From Ruditapes philippinarum (lineage: Eukaryota): DNA of 64,000 nt. The DNA is taken from positions 1 to 64,000 of the forward strand of contig NW_026862758.1 in assembly GCF_026571515.1 (NCBI RefSeq). The letters are read 5' to 3'. The notes under the pieces were generated by a model. The model was not told the DNA's origin. It searched no databases and worked only from the letters and a program-made list of their open reading frames with translations. How positions within the stretch are numbered: position 1 is the stretch's first letter; every line of letters begins with the position of its first letter. Shown here in pieces: positions 26,983-40,814 of the stretch. The position numbers and the translations under genes were made by a program.

Positions 26983-27056
26983 AATGAAAAAAAAATGTTT
27001 TGAAACACATGTAACATATTTATTTTGTCATTTTATTATATTAAGAAATGGAAGCG

Positions 27057-27273
27057 ATCTTTTTCTGTAATAGTATTGGTCACAATAATCTTTTTCTGTT
27101 ATAGTATTGGTCACAATAATCTTTTTCTGTAATAGTATTGGTCACAATAATCTTTTTCTGTAATAGTATTGGTCACAATAATCTTTTTCTGTAATAGTAT
27201 TGGTCACAATAATCTTTTTCTGTAATAGTATTGGTCACAATAATCTTTTTCTGTAATAGTATTGGTCACAATA
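27057..27273. repeat. 31-bp minisatellite x7 just downstream of the GT32 stop codon
   Basis: Unit ATCTTTTTCTGTAATAGTATTGGTCACAATA, near-perfect copies. Confidence 0.95.
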
Positions 27274-28097
27274 AAAACTTGTAAATGTCCACTTCATCAA
27301 ATATATTATTTAGAAATAATATATCTTTTTTATAATGAAAGCACAATTTTTACATTTTTTATCTCTGGAATGGACGCTCAACTTATATTACATTAAACTG
27401 AAATTAGGCATTAATTCGTCCTTGCCCGTGATCCTCGTGCAAAAATTTGCAAATCGTGCTGATTGTCTTCCGCTGTCCATTGTGATGGTAAAATATCATT
27501 TCACTTGAAAAAGTTGATAGCGTGTTATATGTGCATCTTTACAATTTCAAATTTATTTTGTATTTTAAATCGGTACATAGAATATCGTCTTTGAAAATAA
27601 ATTATATGAATTATATTTTGTAAATTTGATATTTGAGAAGTGTTAGAAAAAATTTGAAACTAGATAGGATAATTTCCGCGTAAACAAATGAAGTTTTGGT
27701 GTCACGTACATATAGAAGCTTTAGAAATTATTATAATTATTTATAATATTATCCATACCAAAACGCCATTGCAGTCAATTGGTTTAATATTTTGCTGAAC
27801 ATGTACAAGTTAGCTCTAATTTCGTTCTGAAGCTGTATGTGTTTGTTTTATGCGTTTCCTATAAAAGCAGCAAAAAGCATTATAAATGAATGATCTGGTG
27901 TAAATGCTGTATGTTGTAAAGTAGGACTTGTAACACCCGGACGATGAAACAGATGTTCATAAAATGGATATGTTCGGAATAGTCTAGAAACCTGCTGAGA
28001 TGTAAATCATGTCAAATGAAAAGAAGAAGAAGAAGAAAAAAAAACGGTGCCGTATTTGAAAAGACGTAGTGACGTCAATGAAGTCTACCTCACACAA

Positions 28098-28397
28098 TTT
28101 TATAGATACGTCATTTAAGTTAACGTTTCATGAGAAACTGTCACACGGACCTTGAAGTTGCACAAAAAAAGATGAACGTTTAAAGCAAGTCATCGTTGAA
28201 ACAAGCGATTGATATTCTATCATATTTTGTTTTGATAATATATAAATATATCTTTCATCTTTTTTGTGTAACTTCAAGGTCCGTGTGACAGTTTCTCATG
28301 AAATGTTAACTTAAATGACGTATCTGTAAAAGTATCCATGCTTGTATAAAATAGCTTAACTTAATAACTTAAGTTATTTTATACAAGCATGGATACT
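28098..28397. repeat. Two abutting inverted repeats (foldbacks)
   Basis: ~78-bp arms at 28098-28176 and 28254-28331, then a 67-bp hairpin at 28331-28397. Confidence 0.9.
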
Positions 28398-28559
28398 AAC
28401 AACATTTATTTAATATTTGTTCCTGTACTAAAAGGTTAAATTTATAAAAATGAGACTGTAATAAATAAAAAGATGTTTAAAAGTGTTTTGAAGAATACAA
28501 AATAAATTAATTAAATCATGTTCTGCTCAAGTGGTAGGTCATTAAATATATATTTTGTT

Positions 28560-29370
28560 GGGAGTCAAGTTTCAAACAGCTCGTCTGATATAGTTTGTCC
28601 GGAGTCAAAAACAGCTCGTCCGATATAGTTTGCCCGGAGACAAGTAACAGCTGGTCCAATATAGTTTATCTGTGGTCAAGTTACAAACAGCTTGTCCGAT
28701 ATACTTTGTCCGGGGACAATTAACAGCTCGTCTAATATAGTTTGTCCGTAGTCAAAATAACAGCTCGTCCAATATAGTTTGTCTTGGGTCAAGTTACAAA
28801 CAGGTCGTGCGATATGGTTTGTCCGGAGACAAGAAACAGCTCATCCAATACAGTTTGTCTGGGGTCAAGTTACAAACAGGCCGTGCGATATGGTTTGTCC
28901 GGAGACAAGAAACAGCTCGTCCAATATAGTTTGTCTGGGGTCAAGTTACAAACAGGTCGTGCGATATGGTTTGTCCGGAGACAAGAAACAGCTCGTCCAA
29001 TATAGTTTGTCTGGGGTCAAGTTACAAACAGGTCGTCCAATATAGTTTGTCTGGGGTCAAGTTACAAACAGGTCGTCCGATATAGTTTGTCTAGAGTCAA
29101 TTTACAAACAACTCGTCCGATGAAGTTTGTCCGGAGTCAAATGACAGCTTGTCCAATATATATTTTGTCTGGACTTAAGTGACAGCTCGTCCAATAAAGT
29201 ATTCCAAACTCAGTTAATAGTTTGTCCTGTATAGTCTGTCTGGACTCCAATGACAGCTCATTCAGTGTAGATTTTCCGGACTGATGTTATAATACAGTTT
29301 AACTGGACTGAAAGCTCGTTCAATATAGTTTGTCCAAATTCGACAGGTCGTCCAATATAGTTTGTCTGTC
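28560..29370. repeat. 35-40-bp tandem repeat with dimeric higher-order structure
   Basis: Alternating CAGCTCGTCCAATATAGTTTGTCTGGGGTCAAGTTACAAA and CAGGTCGTGCGATATGGTTTGTCCGGAGACAAGAAA units. Confidence 0.9.
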
Positions 29371-30488
29371 ATATACTCGTCAAAATAAATGATTCCCGTA
29401 TTGTATTAAATTCTAATCTTATTGATGATTCCAAATATTAATGTGTTTATGTACAAAGTCGTATTCTAAAAACGTAGATGAAGAAAATGTTTTTGAGCTG
29501 AAGTTCGTCCTGTATTACCGTTCAACGTGTACCTGACACATGGTTTTAGCCAAGAATTCTATTATGTCAAGCAAAGAATACATTTTTACACTTCTATTGA
29601 GATAAAATATTCCTAGAACCGTCATATTACCTAGACTGTAAAATAAATTCCTTAAATGATTGTGTTTGAATTTATCCTCCAACTTATCCGGGGAAACGAT
29701 AAGTAGTCCATGTGTAAGATTATTTTCGACAAGTTTGTCTAGACATTTCAATCAGAAAGTGAGATTTTCAATTTTAAGGTCGCCCACTTGTTTCGCCGAT
29801 GTTCCTCAAACATTACTTTGAACAAATTGTTTTTGACTTTTTTTTCTGAAAAAAAAAATAAGATAATCTGTTACGCGAGAAAGACAAAAGAGACAATATA
29901 TAGGAATCGACAATGTTTAATTTACATAAAACATAAATTTTGTTTCCCGAAAAGGTATCTTAATGTTAATATTTAACTTTTCGTAAATTGAAAGTACATG
30001 GTTTTAAAGTATAAACATTATTAACGTTAGAGCAAGATGATTATTGAAACACCAGCGCATTTGGTATGATTCTTTAAACAGTATCAATGATAAGGACCAT
30101 TTAGGAACATAGTTTAAGAATTCACAGTTACTAGAAAAATAATCTCTGACCGACGTATGCTTTCTATTGAAATGAAATATGGCAACAGTGAATTGGTATA
30201 TTTAACTTTAACATGATGTTAAGACGAACCCCTGTACCACTCATTGATGAAACGCAATCGTATGTTAAAAGTTACAACTGTCTTGGTCAATGCACGTTGT
30301 GAATGTACAATCAAGAAAGACTTGCCAGTGTTTATTTTTTGTTAACTTTATTTCTCTTTTGATCAGGTTGCATATATATGACCTGTCGATAACAAAATTA
30401 TCTAGTATATGGTAATAATCATTTCTTTAACAGCATTGTTATCAATTCATTTGGCCTACATACATTCCGCCCTTATCTTTATAATATA

Positions 30489-30824
30489 TGAGCCGCGTCA
30501 CGACAAAACCAACATAATGGGTTTGCGACCAGCCTGGATCCAGACCAGTCTGCGCATCCGCGCAGTCTGATCAGGATCCATGCTGCTCGCTTACAAACCC
30601 TATTACAAGTAGAGAAACTGATAGCGAACAGCATGGATCCTGATCAGACTGCGCGGATGCGCAGGCTGGTCTGGATCCATGCTGCTCGCTTACAAACCCT
30701 ATTACAAGTAGAGAAACTGATAGCGAACAGCATGGATCCTGATCAGACTGCGCGGATGCGCAGGCTGGTCTGGATCCATACTGGTCGCAAACCCATTATG
30801 TTGGTTTTGTCGTGACGCGGCTCA
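30489..30824. mobile_element. Palindromic MITE, copy 3, with internal 99-bp tandem duplication
   Basis: Same family; the internal block repeats with period 99 (30581 vs 30680). Confidence 0.9.
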
Positions 30825-30880
30825 TATGTCAATCAACTACATACATTCAACAAACATACTAGTCTTACAATAACTTTACA

Positions 30881-33800
30881 ATGGAACTGTTAAATTATTT
30901 GATATTGTTAGTTGTGTTAAATTTGTGTCCCGCTGCCGTTGCTAGGAAAGGTAGTCAAAGCAACCATCAGCTCCTACAAAGACTTGAAAATCTTGAGAGC
31001 TCTCAGAGGTAGGTAACTAAATTTAACACATTTGAAAGACTGCTCAATTTAAATATTTTGACATTCAAGTCACCCATAAAACAATATTGTAACTTTGGAT
31101 TTTAGCTCGACTATACGGAGTATATGGAGAGCTGTCCTTCTCGCCCGGCGTCGGCGGTGGCGTCCGCGTCCGCGTCCAGATTTCAGATTAAAGTTTTGGT
31201 GCAGTAAAATATTTTTCACTAGAACTTTTTATTTCTTAAGGTATCAACTTCAAACTTCAAATGTATGTTTCTTATCATCAACCATATCTTATGTGTCAAG
31301 GTTCATAATTCTAGCAATAATATTTTCAGATTATTCTCCCCTTGAACTTATAATTTTCCTTTAAAATATTATTTTTTACTGTTACTTCTTTGTTTCCTAA
31401 GGGATCAACTTCATACTTCAAGTATATGTTCCTTATCATCATCTTATGTGACAAGGTTCATAACTCTAGCACCAATATTTTCAGATTTATCTCCCCTTGA
31501 ACCTTGAATTTTCCTTAAAAAATATTATTTTTTAATGTAACTTCTTTATTTCTTAAGGGATCAGCTTCATACTTCAAATATATGTTCCTCATCATCAACC
31601 ACATCTTATGTGACAAGGTTCATAACTCTAGCACCAATATTTTCGGAGTTGTTTCCCCTTGAACTTTGAATTTTCCTTAAAATATATTATTTTTTACTGT
31701 AACTCCTTTATTTCCTAAGGGATCAACTTCATACTTCAAGTATATGTTCCTTATCATCAACCACATCTTATGTGACAAGGTTCATAACTCTAGTACCAAT
31801 ATTTTCAGATTTATCTCCACTTGAACTTAGAAATTTCTTTAAAAAATATTATTTTTTAACTGTTTCTTCTTTATTTCTTAAGGGATCAACTTCATACTTC
31901 AAGAATATGTTCCTTAGCATCAACCACATCTTATGTGACAAGGTTTATAACTCTTGCACCAATACTGCAAGAATTATCTCCCCATTAACTTAGATTTTTT
32001 TACTTGAAAAATGTCATTTTTTACTATAACTTATTTAGTTTTAAAGGTATCTCCCTCAAACTTCAAATACATATTCCTTATCATCAACCAGATCTTATGT
32101 GACAAGGTTCTTAACTCTTGAAGCAGTATATATACAACTTCTTTACTTTTTAAGGCATCTACTTCAAACTTCAAATATATATTTCTTATCATTTACACAC
32201 ATGTTGTGTGACAAGGTCCATAACTCAAGTGTGACTATTTCCAGAACTTTTCCCCCTTGAAATTGGATTTTATGTTTACAACTATAACTTCTTGTCATAT
32301 GAATGTCATATGTAATTTATATCATAATTGATTTTTCTTTCATTGTTTTATATTCTTTTCTGCATCCAGTTTTTAATAAGTCGAGCTTCGCTGTCTCATG
32401 TGACAGCTCTTGTTAACTAGTATTGTACACTTTACCGTAATAACTTACGACTTTATATCTTATTTCTTTTTCAATTATAAATTATTTTATCTTGAAGTCA
32501 AATAAATAAATTCTTATGTCACATCGTTAATAACTACCACAGTCACACCTGTTAGATTTTTAAACTAAACTTTGCAATTGAAAACTTTTTGTAGATTTAA
32601 TACCAACAAAATAACTAGACTTGAACACGATTTTAACGCACAGACTAGTACTATAGAGGAACAAAAGAAAGCAATCCACCACTTAGAAGGAACAGTGCGT
32701 CAACTTACCGCTACACTTGATAGAACAAACCGTCTTGCTCGGAGAAATCGGCGAAAATACTCGTCAATTAGAAGTTTTATACTTAATAAAGGTTTGAAAG
32801 AATGGACTGACATGAATACAAAGAATAATCAAAAGAGCCAGCTTTCATCAAGTCATAATCACAAAAAAAGCAACGACAATCACCACAAGGCTTATAAGAA
32901 CCATGATAAAGAATTGATCGCATCAAATATCAATCTGCATGGACAATATTCTAAAAATCGTAAATCAAACAAATCAAGTTATCATCAACACAATCAGCAC
33001 CAAACTGAAAGCTTAAGTACAATTAATAATAGAAATAACAACAAAACCAGTGGTGGGCATTCTTACCATCATAATCACCATGTCAATCACAAATCAAACA
33101 AAACAAATACGCACCATAACTCTAATCATCAACACCACAAGTCTGACGACTCTAGCAGTCACGGTCAATCTCGTAAACAGAATCACAGAATGGACTCCAA
33201 TAAACATACCGGCCATTCCAACCACAGAAATCAAAACAAAAACAGTCATGATCATAAAGTGAACGGTCACATAGGCAAAGAAACACACCATATTAAAACG
33301 TCTACGAACGCACATGCCAACAAAAGTAAGACATTGGTTTCAAATGGACCATTGCTGAGTGGATCAAACTCAGCTTACCGCCATGCAAGTCATTCCAAAC
33401 ACACCAACGTTACCGAAATAAATTCCAATGATTTTGAGGACACACACGGCAGTCGTATTGATCACGAACAACAGAAGAAACCAGACTTCTCTAACCGCAA
33501 AAATCACGATGAAAACCAAAAAACACGACATTTGAAATCAAATGAAACGCCAGAGCGGCGAAGGAATTTGGTGTCCCCAAGACAGTGTCAGTATCAATTA
33601 TTTTTACGTTACAATTATGTTTACTTTATGAATTGATACCATGTAATTTTGGTTATACGATGATGTTGTCTCTAAGTTGTTTAATCCGTATTGTTCTTAA
33701 AATATTTACTTGACTATTTACAATCAATGCAGATTTCTGCATTCAGTCCCACGAAACATTTTGAAATTGGAATATATCTTCGATTTGCTTTATTGTTTGT

Positions 33801-35376
33801 TCACAATTAAAATAAATGTTCGAGTAATTGATATAATGACATAAATTTATCACGAATCAAAAGATGAATGCTTTGCAAGAATTTTGAAATTTTATTCATG
33901 TAAATTCATTGTTTAATGGATCAACAACATGTTACATGTCTGAGGGTACAGCCTGTGTGGATTCAGGCTTATTTTGTTTTATTTACTTAAAATTGCAACA
34001 TCTTAATTTTTCAGCATTCGGTGGAATAGCATTTTCTGTCTATCTGGACCATGATGCCACCATTTCCCAACACGAGACGGTCAAATTTAATAAGGTAAAC
34101 ACATTCTTTTGTGTTCTCATGATCTACGTGTTTTCTGTTTCTTAACGTCAAAGTAAAGTATGACTTATTCGACATTATCTGTATTTATAAGACAGATTAT
34201 TTTTTTCCTTTGACATTTAATTTATATACATATACATCTAGATGTGTTGTTAGAATTCTTCATCAATTTACATAATATTGTATTATTCCCTTGTGGTTGT
34301 GAAACAGTCTCTAGTTAAAGATACATCTTTGAACCGCAACTTTTTGTATCTGAAGAATATTAATAGAAGGAGTGGTCTTACGAACTATTTCTTTTATTAA
34401 TGTATCTACGTGACATTGATTTTACTATATTCCATTAGGACGGGCATTCTTCTGTCTAGAATTTTATGAAAAATTCAAAATTTAAAAAAAGAGCAATATC
34501 ATGATGAAGAAGGAAATGTGGCTCAGAAAATAAAATTTATTTTCGAGTACTTAATAATCACAGTAGCAGGAAGTATTCTTAAATGAAAATGAAATATCGA
34601 ATTGAATATAAATCTAAGAGAAAATCAAATCCAAATTTACAGATAATCACAAACGACGGAGGCGGATATAGTGCGCAAACTGGAGTTTTCACGTGCTCTG
34701 AAGGAGGGGTTTACATGTTCACGTTTTCTATTGGTCAAAGAGACCAGGATCATTACATGTGGGCGGAACTTATGGTAAACAGTATGAACATGATAGATGC
34801 GGTTGTTGATACATATCACCCATCCCAGGTAACTGTTATAACAAACTATGTTATATTTTGTTATATTGTACTTGAATTTGAATATAAAGGTTGACAGATT
34901 AAATGTATTTATTATCCTCACATCATTATAAGTTATCACATTATGGTAAATGTTAAAACAATCGGCCTTCCCTGCATTTCGAACAAGTTCTTTATGGACT
35001 TACACTAAAGAGTTAAAATAACAATAACACAATCCAAATCTATCGGATACATGTATATTCAAACCAAAGGTAAACTATTTTATAAAGTTTTGTGTCATTT
35101 CACAAAACTGCCACAAAAATGCAAACAAGTTTGGCATGAGAACTATAAACGATTCGTGACCACTGCTTATTACGTGGCATTACATATTATGTTATATATT
35201 CTTCTAGTTCTTTCTCATTCTGATATTTTTAGGACCTACAGGGTGGTAATACAGTAATTGTTCGGCTCAAGCAAGGGGACCGAGTTTGGATCGATGCCAC
35301 ACATAACGGTAGTCATTTAGAAGGTAGTGGCAGCCTAAGACTTACCACGTTCTCTGGATTGTTCCTTTATGCTTAA
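30881..35376 (+). CDS. Secreted C1q-domain-containing protein; exons 30881-31008, 32595-33586, 34015-34094, 34643-34828, 35233-35376
   Basis: Signal peptide MELLNYLILLVVLNLCPAAVA, a coiled-coil segment (ITRLEHDF..LEGTVRQLTATL), then a His/Asn/Lys/Ser-rich linker. The gC1q domain is assembled from IAFSVYL..VKFNK / IITNDGGGY..TGVFTC..GVYMFTF / GGNTVIVRLKQGDRVWI..TTFSGLFLY*. All four GT-AG introns are phase-consistent (2,1,0,0). AATAAA at 35408. Confidence 0.92.
31100..32414 (+). mobile_element. Helentron-derived element in intron 1 of the C1q gene
   Basis: 5' TTTTAGCTCGACTA plus (GCGTCC)n, ~150-bp tandem units, 3' subTIR AGTCGAGC plus the GCTGTC..GACAGC hairpin and TCTTGTT. A related fragment lies at ~10030-10470. 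Confidence 0.85.
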
Positions 35377-37864
35377 TATTTATATGTATATGCATTTATA
35401 CATTTTCAATAAACCATCTTTTCCTCTACCTTATTTTATTTTCTTTGTCAATGTCTTGGTATAATTAGAAATGGTAATATTTTGGTTTAAACATATTTAT
35501 TCCCAATAGAATATATAATGTGCATACAAAGAATCAACAAACAAATTTTTTTTACATAATGGAAAATAGATAAGAACGAAAGACGAGTCATAAAGAATTT
35601 TTCCCTTTTGGCGAACTATATAGTTTGTCTGAAATTAATTAAATATCTACAAAGGAAAAAAAGTATGACATAAAAAACTTGTATAGAGTAGATTAACAGT
35701 CAATATTTTGATGTGTGTATATAAGTAAAGTTCTAGTAAGACGTAATCTGCTTAAGCCGGTGTGAGAGGGGTGTGGAGGCATGCAAAATAATTTGCATTT
35801 ATCACTGTGGTCCATGAATAGCCTCAATCAAATTCAACTGCAATATTTTCAATTTTGCCGTTTGTCGACCTTCAAAGGTTCCCACTTTACATATCTAAAT
35901 ACCCTTTTCGGTTTTTTTTGTGAAACATCGTAAATCATCATAAATAAACATTGACATTGCTGTAAACTGTTGTTGGGTTAAATAAGCCAAATATAAAACA
36001 TATGGCTTTTGACTTTGTTGTCTGAGACACTATCCACTTGACAGATTCGTCTGATCTTATATAAGTTAATGTGGTCAGGTACCATTATTATTTGTCTTAA
36101 TCTAAGTTGACTTTGCAAAATAAGTCTTTGGTGTGAACATCTTTCATTTTGATAGCTGCGTCTCAACTTCAAGCACGCCGGTGCCATTTTTAATATCAAA
36201 TTTGATTTGCAATATAAGTCTTTGGTGTTATCATCGTGTTATTTCAACTCAAACAATGCCGTAGAAAAGTCATGTTTCTGTTGAACTTATTCAATCCTAA
36301 CACAACGCGAAGAGGCCCTACCTGATATCAACGATTTTCCAGACATTGGTGATATGATAATTACATGTATTTGTGATAATATAACTATCTTAGTTTTTAT
36401 TTTGAGATTAATTTATTCCAACATAACTTATGTTATATATCAGTTGAAATCTTGCTCAATCAGAAAGTTGTGGCCTGGATGGCTGTCTCGTAACCAAGGG
36501 ATCCTGTGCTCGAGCCCTGCTCGGGTCCCGACTATAATTATTTATATGACAACACCAAGAAATGGTCTCTGAAATGTGATTGATATAATTTGCAAGCATT
36601 TTTACAATCGAGCTAACTTTTATATATCAAAACTTAACTTAGTGAAATTGTCCTTGATTGACCATATTCATGATTTTATTCAAATGAAATATAATAGCAT
36701 TCTGCTCATACAATTATTGTTGTTATTTGATTAATCATTGCATGCCACTTTGCTCCTAAAATACACATTTAGAACTTCACTTGGGACCAATAGCATAAAA
36801 CATTAAATTCGAATTTCTTACATGAACCAACTTGGGCACTTTAAACGGAAAGGTATGCAATAGATGAAAACGAAATATAATCAGAAATGATTTTTTAAAA
36901 TATTTTTTTATTATCTTTTGTGACGTTCTTATCACGATATAAGTTAAAAAAAAGTTTAAAAAAAGTCTTTCGACGCTTTTCTTTTTTTTTGGGCATTTTT
37001 TTTTCACAATTAAAATATTGTATATAATAATAAAAAAATTATATAGAGTGAGTGAATGATATGAAAATTTGCATAGTAGCTATTGGTCGAGACCGTTATC
37101 AAATGGTATATGAACCTTAAAAGAGTCCCTCTAAAGATTTATAGCTAAAATGAAAGGAAATAACTGTTGAACTATTATAACATGCTTCAACGCACTATTC
37201 ATTGTTTTTCTCATCAAACGCCGTACACCATTGTATACTGAAGTGTTAAAAAAAAATAAAATATTCAAGTTCCATTTAAACTTATATTGATTTACCGTGT
37301 TTACTTCAATGAATATATTTAACGAATAATAGGTCTTTATAAACAATTTGCATAGCCTAGTTATAAAAATAAAAGCTTGTTTAGTTTGACGTATAAACAT
37401 AACTCTTTGCTAGTATTATTGATATCTGATTACCTTATTTCTATATACCATCATGTTATTACAGTTGAAGGAAAATTCAAGCTTCAAAGGTTAGATAGAA
37501 AAAATTAAAAATCTTGTCTATATCTTATTCGTACTGAAATATTAAGAAATAATTAACATATTAATATAAATCTATTTCCATTTAATTAAGCTATTATCAG
37601 ATTTCGAACCAGTCAGTATCAGTTCATAAGCTATTAGCAGTGGACATTATCATAACACAGTAGAGGTCATATTTCCTGTTTTCTTGGTGAAGGAGGACCA
37701 AAGGTGTCCTACCGTGCATTATTTCAGACACGAACGGACATCTGAGTAGAATCACAAACGTTCCGAAAGCTAGTTGATAGCTTCCTCACATGAAGGAATC
37801 ATAGTCCATGTCGGGATTCAGCGGTGAGGGGCAAGTGGTTTGAAGTCAACGACACTAATCAATC

Positions 37865-38018
37865 NNNNNNNNNNNNNNNNNNNNNNNNNNNNNNNNNNNN
37901 NNNNNNNNNNNNNNNNNNNNNNNNNNNNNNNNNNNNNNNNNNNNNNNNNNNNNNNNNNNNNNNNNNNNNNNNNNNNNNNNNNNNNNNNNNNNNNNNNNNN
38001 NNNNNNNNNNNNNNNNNN
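37865..38018. other. Assembly gap (N run); others at 40435-40562 and 58254-58441
   Basis: N characters. Confidence 1.
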
Positions 38019-38039
38019 TAATGAAAAAAATAAAGTTAT

Positions 38040-38420
38040 TGGTGATTATGATATGAGTATTTTTATCATCATCATCATCATCATCATCATCATTATCATT
38101 ATTATCGTAAATGATAATACTGATTATTATAATGGTGATGTTGATGATGAAAATTACAATAAAATTGATGATTATCAATGAAAAAAATGAAGTTTATGTA
38201 AGTAAAATAATATGATGTGACAATTTGGCATCATCATCATCATCACCATAATCGTCATCGTGATCATTATTGTGTTGGATGACGATCTGTTAATTACAGT
38301 CTAATACAATTACAGGTTACTGTCATCGTAAATGATATTACAACTTTTACTGTTGTTACTACTGCTGCTGATAATGATAATTATATTGATGATGATGATG
38401 ATGATGGTGATGATGGTACT
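38040..38420. repeat. (ATC)n/(GAT)n low-complexity region
   Basis: Seen directly, next to the N gap at 37865-38018. Confidence 0.9.
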
Positions 38421-40814
38421 AAATAACGATGAATTAATCATTGTTAGGAAACTTTACGAAAGCTTAAAATTTGGTCTGCTAGAATATTCAGAGAATTGTT
38501 GGCTGATTACGCAAGACTACACTGACTTTTCTCATATAATATTTGAGTGGCTATTTAACACTTGCATGTGTGTTTTTGATCTTGTTATTATAATAACAAA
38601 ACTTAACTTATCTGCCTATTAATATGAACAATTACAACCAGTTGTCCAAATAGATATTTGTTTACTCCTATTTATTTTCAATACAAATAAATCAACAGAA
38701 ACGTTTTTTTATCAATGAATACAGGTGGGTGATTTAAATTATTCATACACGGGTCTAAGTGGATAAATTAACACTGTATTTATGCGCGCGCACGCTATTG
38801 TTGTGTATCAATCGATATTATACATCAATACAGAAGTAAAATGACTAGCACGCTTACAAAATAACACAGGTATAGTCTGTAATATTCTATACAATATTGT
38901 CAACATCGATCTCGACAGGAAGTGTATTACAGACGTGGATTACTTTAAATTACACGGATAGTTAACAAAACAAAGGTAATACCTTTTTTTTCTTAAAATA
39001 GATAAACAGCGTCTTATTAAAAAACAACAACAGAACCTAGCATACAATAGGGAAAAAAAAAGATTCAACAATACCTATGCTGATAAAACAATAGAAAACA
39101 ATATATTGTTATAATGATTGTATTTGACGAGTGCAAATGCATTGATTAACTCATGAGGACTTTAAATAATGAATAATGTTATGTAATGAACTGTTGCGTA
39201 TTTAATAGAGAAATTACGCGACCGATTTCAAATAACATGACACTGACATAAAAAATGATCTTGACAAAGAAAATAAAAAATCACTTCTTTGTAATGGATA
39301 CCCACTTAAGAAATGTTTGTGAAAAATTGACAACAGAATATTACAACAACGAATCAGGTGGATAAGGAATAAAAGGTACACACATATGACAAGGCCTGTA
39401 TGATTTTCAATTTGCGAAATAACACGTGCTCTAATTTGATTCACCGAACGCCTAAAAGAAGAATACGCTGTCACGCTGCTAGACAAAACTCACACCTTGG
39501 GTAGATACTTAGGAACACCTCTGTTAATAGATAGTTTGATCTCACAGCAGATGTTACCCAAGAATCACTAATTACTTGTCCATTTCTCGTGTGAATCTAT
39601 TGTATTTTACATGTATGTATTATACATATATTCTGAAAACAGCTGTTACGTTGATTAAATATGTCAGGGAAGAAAATGGATAGATCTATGTGATTTAGTG
39701 TTGACAACAAGTGAGATATCAAATTTTGCCATACGATATCTCATAATCTGTATCGCCCACTTATATCACTAATAAGATATAAATAAAAATATATTTGTAA
39801 TTTATTGATAAAGAAATGATATAAATTGTATTGATTTCATTCGTTCCTCGCGATCCTGTAAACATTTTGAAATTGTTCAAAGTTTACAATCAGATGACGC
39901 CCAGTTTCGCCAGCAAATGAGCGAAATACTCGTGCCTTTAACTTAATAAGCTGCTCAAAAGTACAGAACGCGTACAAGTGCGTTATTAGATTCTCTTTCA
40001 TGTCGTAGAACGAAAATGTAAAGCAGTCGCAAAAGTCGGTAGGTGTGAATGTCAGCATGACTTTTGCAATATTGCCTATCCTTAACACCATCTTCTAAAG
40101 TTATTTAAGACTTTATTATATATACATGACACATATAACGTACAACCAAAATAATATGCAACCATTCACAAAATGTTATTTAGAGACTCCAAAATTGTAC
40201 AATTCATTATAAAACAGTCTCAACTAATGCTAATCTGCGCTTCTTTTTACATGAGAGAAAAAAAATCATCTGTAGACAATATTCATCATAAAAAAATATG
40301 TTTCATAAGAAATATCACTTAATTAGTAACAGTCATTTACATGCAGTTAATCTAAATGTAACGTAGGCTACAAAGTTTATACTTGTTTATTATTACCAGC
40401 TCGCTACAATCTCATATTTCCCTAATAGATCAACNNNNNNNNNNNNNNNNNNNNNNNNNNNNNNNNNNNNNNNNNNNNNNNNNNNNNNNNNNNNNNNNNN
40501 NNNNNNNNNNNNNNNNNNNNNNNNNNNNNNNNNNNNNNNNNNNNNNNNNNNNNNNNNNNNNNTATACCTAAAACCATATCAAAGAGGCGGACTATGGCTT
40601 CACAAATAGGTTATACGTACTATTAACCAACGAGACAACACGTATAAAAATAATATTGAACTATGTCTGACGTAGTTAAATAATGTTTGACTAAATAAGT
40701 ATATCAATCTAACGTTAAATTTGCTCTAATTCCCGTTTTTTTTTCGTTCATAAGATGTTGACTTCGATCAAGTAGGAAATAAATGAGCCGCGTCACGACA
40801 AAACCAACATAATG

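Noticed and set aside
27057-29370. CRISPR-like arrays
   Set aside because: Head-to-tail tandem repeats with no unique spacers, in a eukaryotic context with no cas genes.
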